From the IMG/VR virus record IMGVR_UViG_3300026549_000050, positions 51,302 to 115,301 of that record: a stretch of DNA of 64,000 bases; one strand, written 5' to 3'. Origin of the DNA: a virus. Its lineage: Duplodnaviria > Caudoviricetes. A program made the position numbers and the translations under genes. Numbering within the stretch: position 1 is the first letter of the stretch; every line of letters begins with the position of its first letter. This document shows positions 31,301-40,634 of this stretch, piece after piece. The notes below the pieces were generated by a model, which did not search any database, was not told the DNA's origin, and was given only the letters and a program-made list of their open reading frames with translations.

Positions 31301-32275
31301 TTATTTAACCATATCTCTCATATCTAATACAACTAATTGCATTAAATCAACTTGGTCTTCTGTTATTTCGCTAAGCTTTATTTTTCTACCAAAAATCATT
31401 TCAACTTTCTTGAGAATCTTATCTGCATTAGTGGCATCATCGTTTACTAATTTTGCCCACAGTTTAGATGCTTCATCTCTTACTGTTTCAAAATCTAACT
31501 GTTCTTCAATAGATTGTTCCTCTTTTTCTACAACAGTTGCTCCATCAAGTTTCTCGCTTTGTTCAATTGCCGCGACAATTGCATCAACCAGTTCTTGATA
31601 GCCAAATTTAATTTTTGGTGCGAGATATTTAAAACGACTTCCCGCCATTACGGTAGGAGTTTTACGAGTATAAAGCCAGCGTTCTGCATTACCTTCTTCA
31701 TCCCAAGTTATATCTATATATCCAATAATATCTACCAATTGGTTAACTATATCATAAGCTCTTTTTGGGATAGCAGGTCCTAGTATTTCTACTTCCGAAT
31801 CATCGGCTCTTTTTTCTACTCTTTTCTCAACGTGAGCAATTATAACAAGTCCATATCCTAATTGAGTAATTCTTCTTAAGCAAGATTCAAACTCTCTCTT
31901 GGTAGCTGCATAACCACCACCCCAAGGGATATCACCGACACTCTGTACGCCATTTTGCGCGCAGATATATTGCTCACATAAGTCCCAAGCAATACCTACT
32001 GTATCAATTGTAATTGTATTATATTTTTCTTGAGCTTCAGGTTTCTCAAGCTGACGTAATATCAATTTTAAATCAGTCCATTTCTTTATGTCAACAGCCA
32101 TCGCTCCAGAAATAGCGTTCCATCCGTGCTCAAATCCAAGCAATAGATTTTTCGGAAACTGACAAGCAAGGGAAGTCTTGCCTACTTTCGGTAATGAATA
32201 TAGACATACAAACTTCCCTCGTAAGTCTCTGGAAATTACAGATGGCTCTAAGTTTAGAATATCAATTCCTGCCAT
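31301..32275 (-). CDS. AAA_24/Sak4-like ATPase (ssDNA-annealing recombinase family)
   Basis: SLPKVGKTS P-loop, TITIDT, IIAH, AGSR. Confidence 0.75.
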   Translation of the reverse strand: MAGIDILNLEPSVISRDLRGKFVCLYSLPKVGKTSLACQFPKNLLLGFEHGWNAISGAMAVDIKKWTDLKLILRQLEKPEAQEKYNTITIDTVGIAWDLCEQYICAQNGVQSVGDIPWGGGYAATKREFESCLRRITQLGYGLVIIAHVEKRVEKRADDSEVEILGPAIPKRAYDIVNQLVDIIGYIDITWDEEGNAERWLYTRKTPTVMAGSRFKYLAPKIKFGYQELVDAIVAAIEQSEKLDGATVVEKEEQSIEEQLDFETVRDEASKLWAKLVNDDATNADKILKKVEMIFGRKIKLSEITEDQVDLMQLVVLDMRDMVK

Positions 32276-32290
32276 AGAGCCTACCTCCTA

Positions 32291-33205
32291 TTAAAATCCG
32301 AGGTCTGCAAAACCGTTCTTTGTATCTGCAGAAGGTGCTGCCTTTGTTGCAGCGCGAGACATATCTCTATCCTTTTGCTTTTCAAGAGTTTCCTTTCTTG
32401 CGGCGAGTGCGGTCTGAATCTCTGCATTATCATAAGCAAAGTCGCCGTCAAGAGGCTCTTGCGAACCTCCAGTTATGATGAGGTCGCTTCTATTGATAGT
32501 TCTTGTCTTTTCGATTGGCTCACCGAAGTCAACTTCCTCGATAATTGTCTCAGTTGTAGCTGAGAAGTCAAGTCTACCATTAGCCTTTACTGTATCACCA
32601 ACTTCCCAATATGTAGATACTGCGCTGATAACACTCTCACTCTGTGCATAGAATGGAACTACATCAACTCTGCCACCGTACTGTGGAATGACGGCGTCAA
32701 TTCTATATCTACCAGTTGGCTCACCATCTCTATTAAGCTCTTCATTCTTTGCAGCAACTACCATCTCAGTTGTGAAAGTAGCCTCTGGCTTGCACTCTGT
32801 CGCACCAATTTTTGTAACGAATGAAGCATTAATTCTTGGGAAAGAAACGAGTCTTCCGTCTGCGCTATAATACTCGTTCATGCGGATGTTTCCGCTTGTA
32901 ATTCTAACTCTATCTGCACCAGCCTCTCCACCAGCGGCCGCGATTGATACATAATCATCAGCTACTTTCTTGATGGACTCGTAAGCTGGGTTAGGTGTTC
33001 CTTTGTTTGTCAGCTTTGAAGCAAACATATGAACTGGAATTGACAGTTCCTTTTCTTCTCCGCTAATTTTCTGAGTAACCTTAACGATAATAGAACCTCC
33101 AATGGACTCTACCTCCTTACCGTCTTTCATAAAAGAACCTGGCTTAAGGTCGATTTCTGCAAGGATACCTTCAATCTTTACTTTGTTTTCTGCTTGTCTT
33201 AACAT
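32291..33205 (-). CDS. Putative single-stranded DNA-binding protein (tandem OB folds)
   Basis: NKVKIEGIL start, beta-rich body, C-terminal FADLGF tail, high-expression codons, next to Sak4-like gene. Confidence 0.6.
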   Translation of the reverse strand: MLRQAENKVKIEGILAEIDLKPGSFMKDGKEVESIGGSIIVKVTQKISGEEKELSIPVHMFASKLTNKGTPNPAYESIKKVADDYVSIAAAGGEAGADRVRITSGNIRMNEYYSADGRLVSFPRINASFVTKIGATECKPEATFTTEMVVAAKNEELNRDGEPTGRYRIDAVIPQYGGRVDVVPFYAQSESVISAVSTYWEVGDTVKANGRLDFSATTETIIEEVDFGEPIEKTRTINRSDLIITGGSQEPLDGDFAYDNAEIQTALAARKETLEKQKDRDMSRAATKAAPSADTKNGFADLGF

Positions 33206-33263
33206 ATAATTTTCTCCTGTTTGTTAGTTCTGTTTAATTAGTTTTGTTTAAAGAATAATAAGT

Positions 33264-33285
33264 GGAGGGTTAAAATTAACCCTCC
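33264..33285 (-). terminator. Hairpin terminator
   Basis: GGAGGGTTAA-AA-TTAACCCTCC. Confidence 0.6.
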
Positions 33286-33292
33286 TTATTAA

Positions 33293-33544
33293 TTACTCCT
33301 CGTCCTCGCTTGGAACAAATGTCATACCCTCGTCAGTAAGAGCTACATAAGTTACAGGCTTGTCAGCGCCTTCAACCTCTACCTTCTCTCTGATAGCGAG
33401 ACCCTTCTTTGTGAGGTCAGTTACGTTAGCACCAACGCTTCTCTCACTTCTGTCAAGTGCCTGTGCAAGCTCAGGAATGGAAACCTTTCCACCGTTACCC
33501 TTTACATACTCAAATACTTCGTTTGATTTCTCTGTAAGCTTCAT
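33293..33544 (-). CDS. Winged helix-turn-helix DNA-binding protein
   Basis: SIPELAQALDRSERSVGANVTDLTKKGL...YVALTDEG. Confidence 0.75.
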   Translation of the reverse strand: MKLTEKSNEVFEYVKGNGGKVSIPELAQALDRSERSVGANVTDLTKKGLAIREKVEVEGADKPVTYVALTDEGMTFVPSEDEE

Positions 33545-33624
33545 AATTCTTTTTTCTCCTTGTAATTAATTAAAATGTTTGTTATGAGTTGGAAAGTTTT
33601 ATTTCTTCAAAACTTTCTATATAT

Positions 33625-33653
33625 ATTATATCAAATTTTGAGAGTAAACTCAA
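33625..33653 (-). promoter_or_regulatory. sigmaA-type promoter
   Basis: TTGAGT-17-TATAAT with TGA extension. Confidence 0.65.
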
Positions 33654-33673
33654 ATTTTCACATCTAAATTTTC

Positions 33674-36025
33674 TTAAAAAATTAACAGTCCGACCACCTT
33701 AGAATTTGAAAGTTTAATTGACTTTGTACCTTGCGCCCCTTTGGATAGTAGATTTACTTCGTTTAAGTTGATTTTTATCTGCGCATTGGAAGCAACTACG
33801 ATAACTTCCTGTTCGTTAAGTAGTGGATTGAAGGAAATTAATCTGTCGTCGGTATCTTTAAGAGCGTGGATTTTACTTCCTTTAGTTCCACGTCCTGTGA
33901 CGGTAAACTCTTTCGCAGCAGTTCGTTTTATATATCCCTTTTCGCTTATGCTTAGAAATTCTTTAGTATCTTTTGGTATAGCCCGTGCTTCAACTAAAGA
34001 GTCTCCATCATTAAGGGTTATTCCCTTAACTCCCCTTGCTACTCGTCCAATCGGACGAATATCCTTTGTTTCACAAATTACGAACTGGCCGCGCGCCGTC
34101 AACATACCAACTCGCTCTTCATCTACAAAAAGAATTGACACAATTTCATCGTCGTTATCAAGATTTAGAGCCTTAACACCACCTTTGCGTTTGGTGTTAT
34201 ACTCTGAAAGTCTACTCTTTTTTAAAATACCTTTTTTCGTGAAAAAGATTATGTGTTCTTTTTGGTTCTTTTTGTTTAAGAAAACGAGTTCTTCAATTTT
34301 TTCGTCTGAGCTGGTTTCGGCTATACTTTCGATTGGGATTACCTCTTCAAAAGGAAGGTCGGATGCGGTGATACTGAAACAATTGCCTTTATTTGAAAAC
34401 AACAGAACTGTATCGAGATTAGTTCCCGATGCAGTAGCAATTACATATTCACCTTTGCTCATTTTGAATTTGTTTCCTACCCCACCGCGTCTTTGAGTAT
34501 AAAGAGTTGATGTGGTGGTAACGTATAGGTTATTTTGGTTTGACAGATTAATTAAAAGTTCCTGCTTTTCAGTAGGTTCTTCTTCATCTGTTGCGATGTT
34601 GAGAATTTGAGTTCTACGTGCGTCGCCAAATTTGTTAGCCACTTCACGCCAACCGTTGATTAGCTCTTGGTTGAATAACTCTTCATTTCTAATTATATTA
34701 TAGATAAAATCTCTTTCTTTTTCAAGTTTTGATTTTTCAGATTTTAACTTTTCTACTTCAAGGTGTGCCAAACGCGATAGCTTCATATCGAGAATGGCTT
34801 TAGTTTGTACGTCAGTAAGTTTGTACTCGGCGGCCAGTCGCTCGCGCGCCTTCAACGGAGACTCCGAAGATTTGATTATACGGACTACTTCGTCGATATT
34901 TGCGAGACAGATTAGAAGTCCTTCAAGAATATGGAGGCGGTCTTCGATTTTTTTAATGTCAAATTCGAAGCCACGCATATATACTTCTTTTTCGTGGTCG
35001 ATGTGCGCTTGGAGCATTTCTTTCCAAGTGAAGACTTTTGGAAAGCGACCTTTATCTAACATTGTAAAGTTAATTCCGTAGTGAGACTCAAGTGAAGTAT
35101 TTTGGTAGAGATACTTGAGGACTTTGTTTGGATTAGCTTTTTTAGTTAGGTAGATTTTAATTAGTGGAGTTTTTCCAGTGAGGTCGTTAAAACGGTCTAC
35201 GCCTGGATTTTCTTCACTATTTATTATATCTTCTAATTGACCGCAGATTGTATTGGTGTAAACTGAGTATGGTATTTCAGTTACTACAAAACAATTGTCT
35301 TTTTTATCGTATTCGACTACGCTTCTTAATTTACAAGCAAAACCAGTACCGTGTTTCATAGCATCTTTAACGGTATTTTCGTTTAATAATACTGCACCTG
35401 TAGCAAAATCTGGGGCGATGTAGATGTCTTCGAAATCACAGTCTGGATGGAGAAGAAGATATTCTAACTTCTCATTCATTTCTTTTAAATTATACTGTGG
35501 TATGGAGCAAGCCATACCGATGCCAATTCCTGTACTACCGTTACAAATGTTGTAATAACCTTTTGTTGGTAGAACCGCTGGGTATTGTTTTGTATTGTCA
35601 TAACTATCGCGCCATTCTTCTATTGTGTCTTTATTTATATCTGTAAAAAGAATGTTTGATAATTTAGAAAGTCTACTTTCTGTATAACGCATCGCGGCCC
35701 AGTTGCCAGATTCGATGAGTGAACCAGCATTACCTTTTACGTCAATTAGTGGATAACGCATAGCAAATGGCTGTCCCGCACGCATTATAACACCTTCACA
35801 CGAGCTGTCTCCGTGAATGTAGAAGTCTGCCATAGCCATACCAACGGCGTTGGCGGTTTTCTTATATGGCTTATCGCTTGTTAGTTTATTTAAAAGCATT
35901 GAATAGAATATTTGACGTGCGGAGGGTTTTAAACCATCGCGCACATCAACGAGGGCGCGGTTTTGAAGAACTGCACCAGCGTATTGTACGAAACTATCTT
36001 CTATAATTGGTTTTAATTTACTCAT
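33674..36025 (-). CDS. gyrA: Type IIA topoisomerase subunit A (gyrase-like)
   Basis: DGLKP, HGDSS, AAMRYTE catalytic Tyr, QRRGGVG GyrA-box, beta-pinwheel repeats (GRVARGVKGI, GRGTKG). Confidence 0.9.
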   Translation of the reverse strand: MSKLKPIIEDSFVQYAGAVLQNRALVDVRDGLKPSARQIFYSMLLNKLTSDKPYKKTANAVGMAMADFYIHGDSSCEGVIMRAGQPFAMRYPLIDVKGNAGSLIESGNWAAMRYTESRLSKLSNILFTDINKDTIEEWRDSYDNTKQYPAVLPTKGYYNICNGSTGIGIGMACSIPQYNLKEMNEKLEYLLLHPDCDFEDIYIAPDFATGAVLLNENTVKDAMKHGTGFACKLRSVVEYDKKDNCFVVTEIPYSVYTNTICGQLEDIINSEENPGVDRFNDLTGKTPLIKIYLTKKANPNKVLKYLYQNTSLESHYGINFTMLDKGRFPKVFTWKEMLQAHIDHEKEVYMRGFEFDIKKIEDRLHILEGLLICLANIDEVVRIIKSSESPLKARERLAAEYKLTDVQTKAILDMKLSRLAHLEVEKLKSEKSKLEKERDFIYNIIRNEELFNQELINGWREVANKFGDARRTQILNIATDEEEPTEKQELLINLSNQNNLYVTTTSTLYTQRRGGVGNKFKMSKGEYVIATASGTNLDTVLLFSNKGNCFSITASDLPFEEVIPIESIAETSSDEKIEELVFLNKKNQKEHIIFFTKKGILKKSRLSEYNTKRKGGVKALNLDNDDEIVSILFVDEERVGMLTARGQFVICETKDIRPIGRVARGVKGITLNDGDSLVEARAIPKDTKEFLSISEKGYIKRTAAKEFTVTGRGTKGSKIHALKDTDDRLISFNPLLNEQEVIVVASNAQIKINLNEVNLLSKGAQGTKSIKLSNSKVVGLLIF

Positions 36026-36227
36026 ATAATTGATTTCCCTCGCTATTAAAATATCCTATAATTTTCTCTGGTTTTTCATGAGTACGTTTATGTAAGGCTT
36101 TTTTAATACCCCAATAAGTGAAGGCTATATCTTTAAGCCACCATTCATTCCATCTTTCATCATACTCACGCAGTTCATACATCCCATTTTTTTTAGCGAT
36201 TTTATAAGTTGCTGGTTGATATCCCAT
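36018..36227 (-). CDS. Hypothetical protein between gyrB and gyrA
   Basis: 69 aa, coupled to both neighbours. Confidence 0.55.
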   Translation of the reverse strand: MGYQPATYKIAKKNGMYELREYDERWNEWWLKDIAFTYWGIKKALHKRTHEKPEKIIGYFNSEGNQLYE

Positions 36228-36228
36228 A

Positions 36229-38088
36229 TTACTCCCTCACTTTCGAAAAATCTACCTTTTCCATTATAAATTCTTTTCGTGGTTCTACCGCTTCACCCAT
36301 TAAATCATAAAGCAAATTAACCGCAGTATTATTCCACTCCAGCACATCTAATCTCTGATGTTCTGGACTAAACATCGACGCTTGCGCTGTCTCTGCCGGA
36401 AGTTCACCAAGACCTTTCGCTCTCGTAACTTCTCCCTTTACTTTACTTCTAACCCTATTAAACTCATCATCAGTAAAGTAATATTCTTCTTTTCCTTTAT
36501 TATTTACTATATATAATGGTGACCGCAACCAACACAGTCTACCTTCTTTTATAAACTCTGGCGCGAGATATTGTAGTGCTGCCATTATTAATAACGCTAT
36601 GTGCGCGCCATCACTATCAGCATCGACACAAATACCAATGCGACCGTAACGCAATTTTGAAGCATTGTATTTACCTGGAACTATATTCATCGCACTTAGT
36701 AATAACTTAATTTCTTCATTATTAAATATCTTTTCTTCTGGATTGGAAAGACAATTAATAATTTTACCTCTGATTGCAAGCAGACCATATTTTGTGTAGT
36801 CGCGCGCTTGTGCCATACCACCCATAGCGGAGTTTCCTTCTACGATTAGAAGCGTTGCGTTCTGTCCGAGGAACTCTGCGTCTTTGAGTTTATCAGAGGC
36901 GAAAACTTTTTTCTTTTGATTTTTTTCAATTTCTTTTGAGGCTTCAAGGACTTGTTTGCGCGCCCGCTCTGCGGCACGCTCGGCTTTCAACTCTTTAGTT
37001 AGAAGTTCTACTATTTGATTAAATTCACTTGGATATCTACGTGAAAAATCATCAAGCATTTGAGTAGTACATCTTTGCGCGAGCCCTCGTAATTCTGGAT
37101 TTGTAATTTTTGATTTGGTCTGTCCGTCATAAATTGGGTTTTTTAAATTAACAGAACAAATATAAACTAAGCCTGCGCGCACTACATCGCCAGAACCTAA
37201 ATCTTTAACTTTCTTTTTAAAGAAATTAGTTAACGCTGTTTTGATTCCGGTAATTGGCGTACCACCGTTTTCATTTTCTCCACCATTAGAAAAAAGATAA
37301 AATTTCTCTCTACCTGTTGTCCAGTTAAGAATAATCTCAATATCAATATCGTCTTCTGTGGTTTTAAGATGAATTGGGTTTTTATGTATGCGCTTTTGAA
37401 CTTTTGTATCCGCAAAATCCATTAATCCGTTTTTACTTAAATATTTCTGTTTCTTTTTAGTTTTTGCGTCAGTGACGATAAATTCAACACCTTTGTTAAA
37501 ATAAGAATATTCCTCTATAATATTGCATATTTCTTCAAAATTAAAATTAACGGGTTCTGCGTTAAAAACTTCCTGACTTGGTTTATATTCAATATATGTT
37601 CCTTGTTTTTGATTATTAAGTGGTTTCTTTTGACATTTATCCCATTTAGGAATACCTTTATCAAACTCCATGTACCATTCCGCGCCATCTCGATAGCTTG
37701 AAATCTTAAACCAATCAGAAGAACAACAAGTTGCTGCGCTGCCTGTCCCATTGAGTCCTCGTGACTTGCCGCCGTATGCATTGTCGTCGAATTTCGCGCC
37801 CGAGTGGTTTTCTGTCAAAAGGTTTATCATCACTTCTTCAGAAAAATCATTTGGGCCATGTGGCATACCACGCCCATAGTCTCGACAGCTTGCCCAGTCA
37901 GGACCAATGGTTATTTCAATTTTATTTGCGGTAGGGCAAACTAAAGCTTCATCAGTTGCATTATTTACTAACTCTAAAAGCCCCGCAATTACTCCTGTGT
38001 GGTCTGCGGAGCCGAGATAAATACCGATACGTTTTTGAACTCCCTCTCTAAATGTTAATTGCTCTACAGATTGAGCATTATACTCCAT
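36229..38088 (-). CDS. gyrB: Type IIA topoisomerase subunit B
   Basis: GHKL ELVNNATDE, DYGRGMP, HSGAKF, GLNGTG; TOPRIM EGNSA, RGKIIN, DADSDG; KGLGE. Confidence 0.92.
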   Translation of the reverse strand: MEYNAQSVEQLTFREGVQKRIGIYLGSADHTGVIAGLLELVNNATDEALVCPTANKIEITIGPDWASCRDYGRGMPHGPNDFSEEVMINLLTENHSGAKFDDNAYGGKSRGLNGTGSAATCCSSDWFKISSYRDGAEWYMEFDKGIPKWDKCQKKPLNNQKQGTYIEYKPSQEVFNAEPVNFNFEEICNIIEEYSYFNKGVEFIVTDAKTKKKQKYLSKNGLMDFADTKVQKRIHKNPIHLKTTEDDIDIEIILNWTTGREKFYLFSNGGENENGGTPITGIKTALTNFFKKKVKDLGSGDVVRAGLVYICSVNLKNPIYDGQTKSKITNPELRGLAQRCTTQMLDDFSRRYPSEFNQIVELLTKELKAERAAERARKQVLEASKEIEKNQKKKVFASDKLKDAEFLGQNATLLIVEGNSAMGGMAQARDYTKYGLLAIRGKIINCLSNPEEKIFNNEEIKLLLSAMNIVPGKYNASKLRYGRIGICVDADSDGAHIALLIMAALQYLAPEFIKEGRLCWLRSPLYIVNNKGKEEYYFTDDEFNRVRSKVKGEVTRAKGLGELPAETAQASMFSPEHQRLDVLEWNNTAVNLLYDLMGEAVEPRKEFIMEKVDFSKVRE

Positions 38089-38108
38089 ATAATTTCTCCT
38101 CCGGTGAA

Positions 38109-38345
38109 TTAAAATCCAAACTCCCCATTTGCTTTGAAAGGTTCTATTATCTCCTCTTCTTCTACTTCAATTCCTTCAGAACAAACAAGTTCCAAATTAA
38201 CCACTGTCAATTTATCAACTTCTTCATTTACGATATTGTGACTTCTTGTTATTTTTACAATACCACTCGAAGGCAGTTTATAAGCGATGTTTTTTCCATT
38301 ATAATTTTCTATTTTAATTGTAATATAATCTTTATCCATTGTCAA
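38109..38345 (-). CDS. Hypothetical protein
   Basis: 78 aa with AAGGAG RBS. Confidence 0.55.
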   Translation of the reverse strand: MTMDKDYITIKIENYNGKNIAYKLPSSGIVKITRSHNIVNEEVDKLTVVNLELVCSEGIEVEEEEIIEPFKANGEFGF

Positions 38346-38357
38346 ATTCTCCTTTTT

Positions 38358-38591
38358 TTAAAATGGCGGGTCCTCATCAATTAAGTCGCCCGCTATTGCA
38401 GTTCTTACATTAATTGGCGCTATATCTCTTGGATTAATACTTGGCGGCACATATTTGTGCGCCGGCCTCCATCTCCACGCGTTATTGGACCAGACTAAGA
38501 AATAGGTCTGATGCATTACATCGTGATAGTCAACCGCAAGGACTGTTTCGATTTCTCCTGTATCAATTCTTTTTGCTTTAAACATTTTCAA
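38358..38591 (-). CDS. Hypothetical protein
   Basis: 77 aa, in operon. Confidence 0.55.
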   Translation of the reverse strand: MKMFKAKRIDTGEIETVLAVDYHDVMHQTYFLVWSNNAWRWRPAHKYVPPSINPRDIAPINVRTAIAGDLIDEDPPF

Positions 38592-39093
38592 TACCTTCCA
38601 TATCTGTAAACTCCCAAGGATAATCGCCTTTGCTTAGTCTTTCCGCACATTTGTCACAGAATGGACTTATCCAACCAACAGACAATTTTGTTGCTGGGCG
38701 GCCGCACTCGATACAAGTTTTATGGGATAGTTTTTCATATTTGCTGATTATTTCGTATCCTTTTTCTGTGTTACCGTTGTCATACCAACGTAGACTACCA
38801 TATTTTTCTTTTATTTGCATTATCCTATATCCATCAAGATAATTTGTTTTGATAAGTTCTTCTCTCAGTTCCTCACATAGTTGTTCTCCGAACTTGGCGC
38901 GCCAGCCATTAGGCATTGCATCGAGTTCAGTATAAGAATATGGAGCGGTATACCACCACCCTATATGTTTATTTTTTCGTTTGTTCCAAACAACTTTACC
39001 AGTCCAACGATTACGCGGAATAAGAAATGGATACTGCTTACAAAGTTTCTTGTTTTTCATTTTAATTTGTTTCTTTTTAATTCGTTTATTCAT
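38578..39093 (-). CDS. Conserved phage hypothetical protein (QxKEKxGxLRxY family) with Zn-ribbon
   Basis: QIKEKYGSLRWY, CIECG...CDKC. Confidence 0.65.
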   Translation of the reverse strand: MNKRIKKKQIKMKNKKLCKQYPFLIPRNRWTGKVVWNKRKNKHIGWWYTAPYSYTELDAMPNGWRAKFGEQLCEELREELIKTNYLDGYRIMQIKEKYGSLRWYDNGNTEKGYEIISKYEKLSHKTCIECGRPATKLSVGWISPFCDKCAERLSKGDYPWEFTDMEGIENV

Positions 39094-39125
39094 ATAAAAT
39101 TCTCCTTTCTATATTTCCTATTTTT

Positions 39126-39154
39126 AGTATATCAAATTTTTTTAAAAATTGCAA
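39126..39154 (-). promoter_or_regulatory. sigmaA-type promoter for the gyrase operon
   Basis: TTGCAA-17-TATACT with TGA extension. Confidence 0.6.
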
Positions 39155-39215
39155 ATTTGAAGTTTTGAGTAATTTTATGGTCGGCCGCGAAAGTACGTAG
39201 GAAGTATTTGGTTTT

Positions 39216-39222
39216 TCTACTT
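39216..39222 (+). promoter_or_regulatory. TCTACTT motif (candidate phage-specific/late promoter)
   Basis: Same motif upstream of genes at 40622(-), 43223(-), 43246(+), 58501(+), 61664(+). Confidence 0.5.
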
Positions 39223-39262
39223 TTATTAAGAGATATATTATTGTTAATAAGGAGAGAAACAA

Positions 39263-40264
39263 ATGGATAAACAGAAAATTATAGATTATATCTTAGAAAC
39301 GCCTGAGAATAATAACCCAGCGGTTCTGAGTACGTTACTTGACGAATATGGAGGAGGTGGCGGAAGTGGACAAGAGAAAGAATTGGTTGAAGGGACTATT
39401 ACGTCGTATTCCAATAGTGAGGTAACTAAGGTTAGAGATTATGGTTTTTATGGTTGTACTAAACTTGACTCGATAAATTTACCAAATGTAAGTTATATAG
39501 GAAATAGTGCTTTTAATGGCTGTAGTTCTCTTACTTCACTTACTTCAATAAATTTACCAAATATAAGTTATATAGGGCTCGGTGCTTTTTCAACTTGTAG
39601 ACTACTTAGTTTAGTGAATTTACCAAACGCAAATCACATAGGAGAGTATGCTTTTTATGCTTGCTATTCACTTACTTCGATAGATTTACCAAACGCAAAT
39701 CAAATAAGTGGTTATGCTTTTTGTTATTGTACTCAATTAATTTCAGTTAATCTATCTAATGCAAACTATATAGGACAAGGAGCCTTTGCATCTTGTTCCG
39801 CACTCACTTCGATAGATTTGCCTAATGTAAGCTATATAGGAAGTTATGCTTTTAGAGATTGTTATTCACTTGCTTCGGTAAATTTGCCTAATGCAAATTA
39901 TATAGGAAGTAGTGCTTTTCATCAGTGTAATTCACTTGTTTCAGCGAATTTATCTAATGTAAGTTATATAGGAGGTTATGCTCTAGCGTTTTGTAAGTTG
40001 CTTTCTTCAATAGAATTACCAAACGTAAGTTATATAGGAGATAATGCTTTTAGGGGAGACTATAAATTACTTAGTTTATATCTTGGCAGCACATCTATTG
40101 TTTCACTTCCGTATTCTAACACATTTAGTTTCACTCCAATTGCAGGAAGCACTACATCTACAAGTGGTCAATATGGTTCAATCTACGTACCAGCATCACT
40201 CTATTCTGACTACCTTACCGCCCCAAACTGGTCCTACTTCTCCGAACGTTTCGTCTCAATGTAA
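39263..40264 (+). CDS. BspA-type (LRR_5) leucine-rich repeat protein with N-terminal module and Gly linker
   Basis: ~10 repeats of 22 aa LxSIxLPNxxYIGxxAFxxC; C-terminal cap GSIYVPASLY..Y..A.NWSYF. Confidence 0.88.
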   Translation: MDKQKIIDYILETPENNNPAVLSTLLDEYGGGGGSGQEKELVEGTITSYSNSEVTKVRDYGFYGCTKLDSINLPNVSYIGNSAFNGCSSLTSLTSINLPNISYIGLGAFSTCRLLSLVNLPNANHIGEYAFYACYSLTSIDLPNANQISGYAFCYCTQLISVNLSNANYIGQGAFASCSALTSIDLPNVSYIGSYAFRDCYSLASVNLPNANYIGSSAFHQCNSLVSANLSNVSYIGGYALAFCKLLSSIELPNVSYIGDNAFRGDYKLLSLYLGSTSIVSLPYSNTFSFTPIAGSTTSTSGQYGSIYVPASLYSDYLTAPNWSYFSERFVSM

Positions 40265-40275
40265 ACCAAATAAAA

Positions 40276-40306
40276 AACGGGTTCATACGAACCCGTTATT
40301 TTTTTA
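40276..40306. terminator. Bidirectional terminator
   Basis: AACGGGTTC-ATAC-GAACCCGTT flanked by A and T tracts between convergent genes. Confidence 0.8.
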
Positions 40307-40307
40307 C

Positions 40308-40607
40308 CTATTCTCCTGCTGGTGTATCTGGATTAACCGGCTCTTCTGTCTGGTCATCGGCGCCCTGGTCATCCTGTCCACTCTCATTCACATTCTCTTT
40401 AATCCACTTTACATCATCTTCACTAAGCAATCCCGCAGCAACCGCATAGTCCCAATTCAACTCTTCCTCTGCAATAAACTGCTTATAAATAGCTGGGTTT
40501 TCAATTCCAATAGCCATTTTAGTTTTAACTGCGTCTTCGCTCATAGCAAGTAAAGTAGCAATTCTTGTGTTTTCTTTTGTTTTATCCATAACATTCCTCC
40601 TATTCAC
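40308..40607 (-). CDS. Hypothetical protein with acidic tail
   Basis: ~93-99 aa; GGAGG RBS favours the MDKTKE start. Confidence 0.55.
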   Translation of the reverse strand: MNRRNVMDKTKENTRIATLLAMSEDAVKTKMAIGIENPAIYKQFIAEEELNWDYAVAAGLLSEDDVKWIKENVNESGQDDQGADDQTEEPVNPDTPAGE

Positions 40608-40634
40608 ATTAGCCTATATATAAGTAGAATTTAC

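Noticed and set aside
33293-33544. Z-alpha (Z-DNA-binding) domain linked to CG runs
   Set aside because: It lacks the NxxLY and PPxW residues of Z-alpha domains and reads as a generic wHTH.
33741-34496. 251-aa plus-strand ORF, and other antisense/overlapping ORFs in the track
   Set aside because: These are shadow frames of well-supported genes, with no RBS or recognisable motifs.
18368-38088. Inteins or introns in nrdD, dnaE, helicase or gyrase
   Set aside because: The ORFs are continuous and of normal length, with no intein splice motifs or LAGLIDADG blocks seen.
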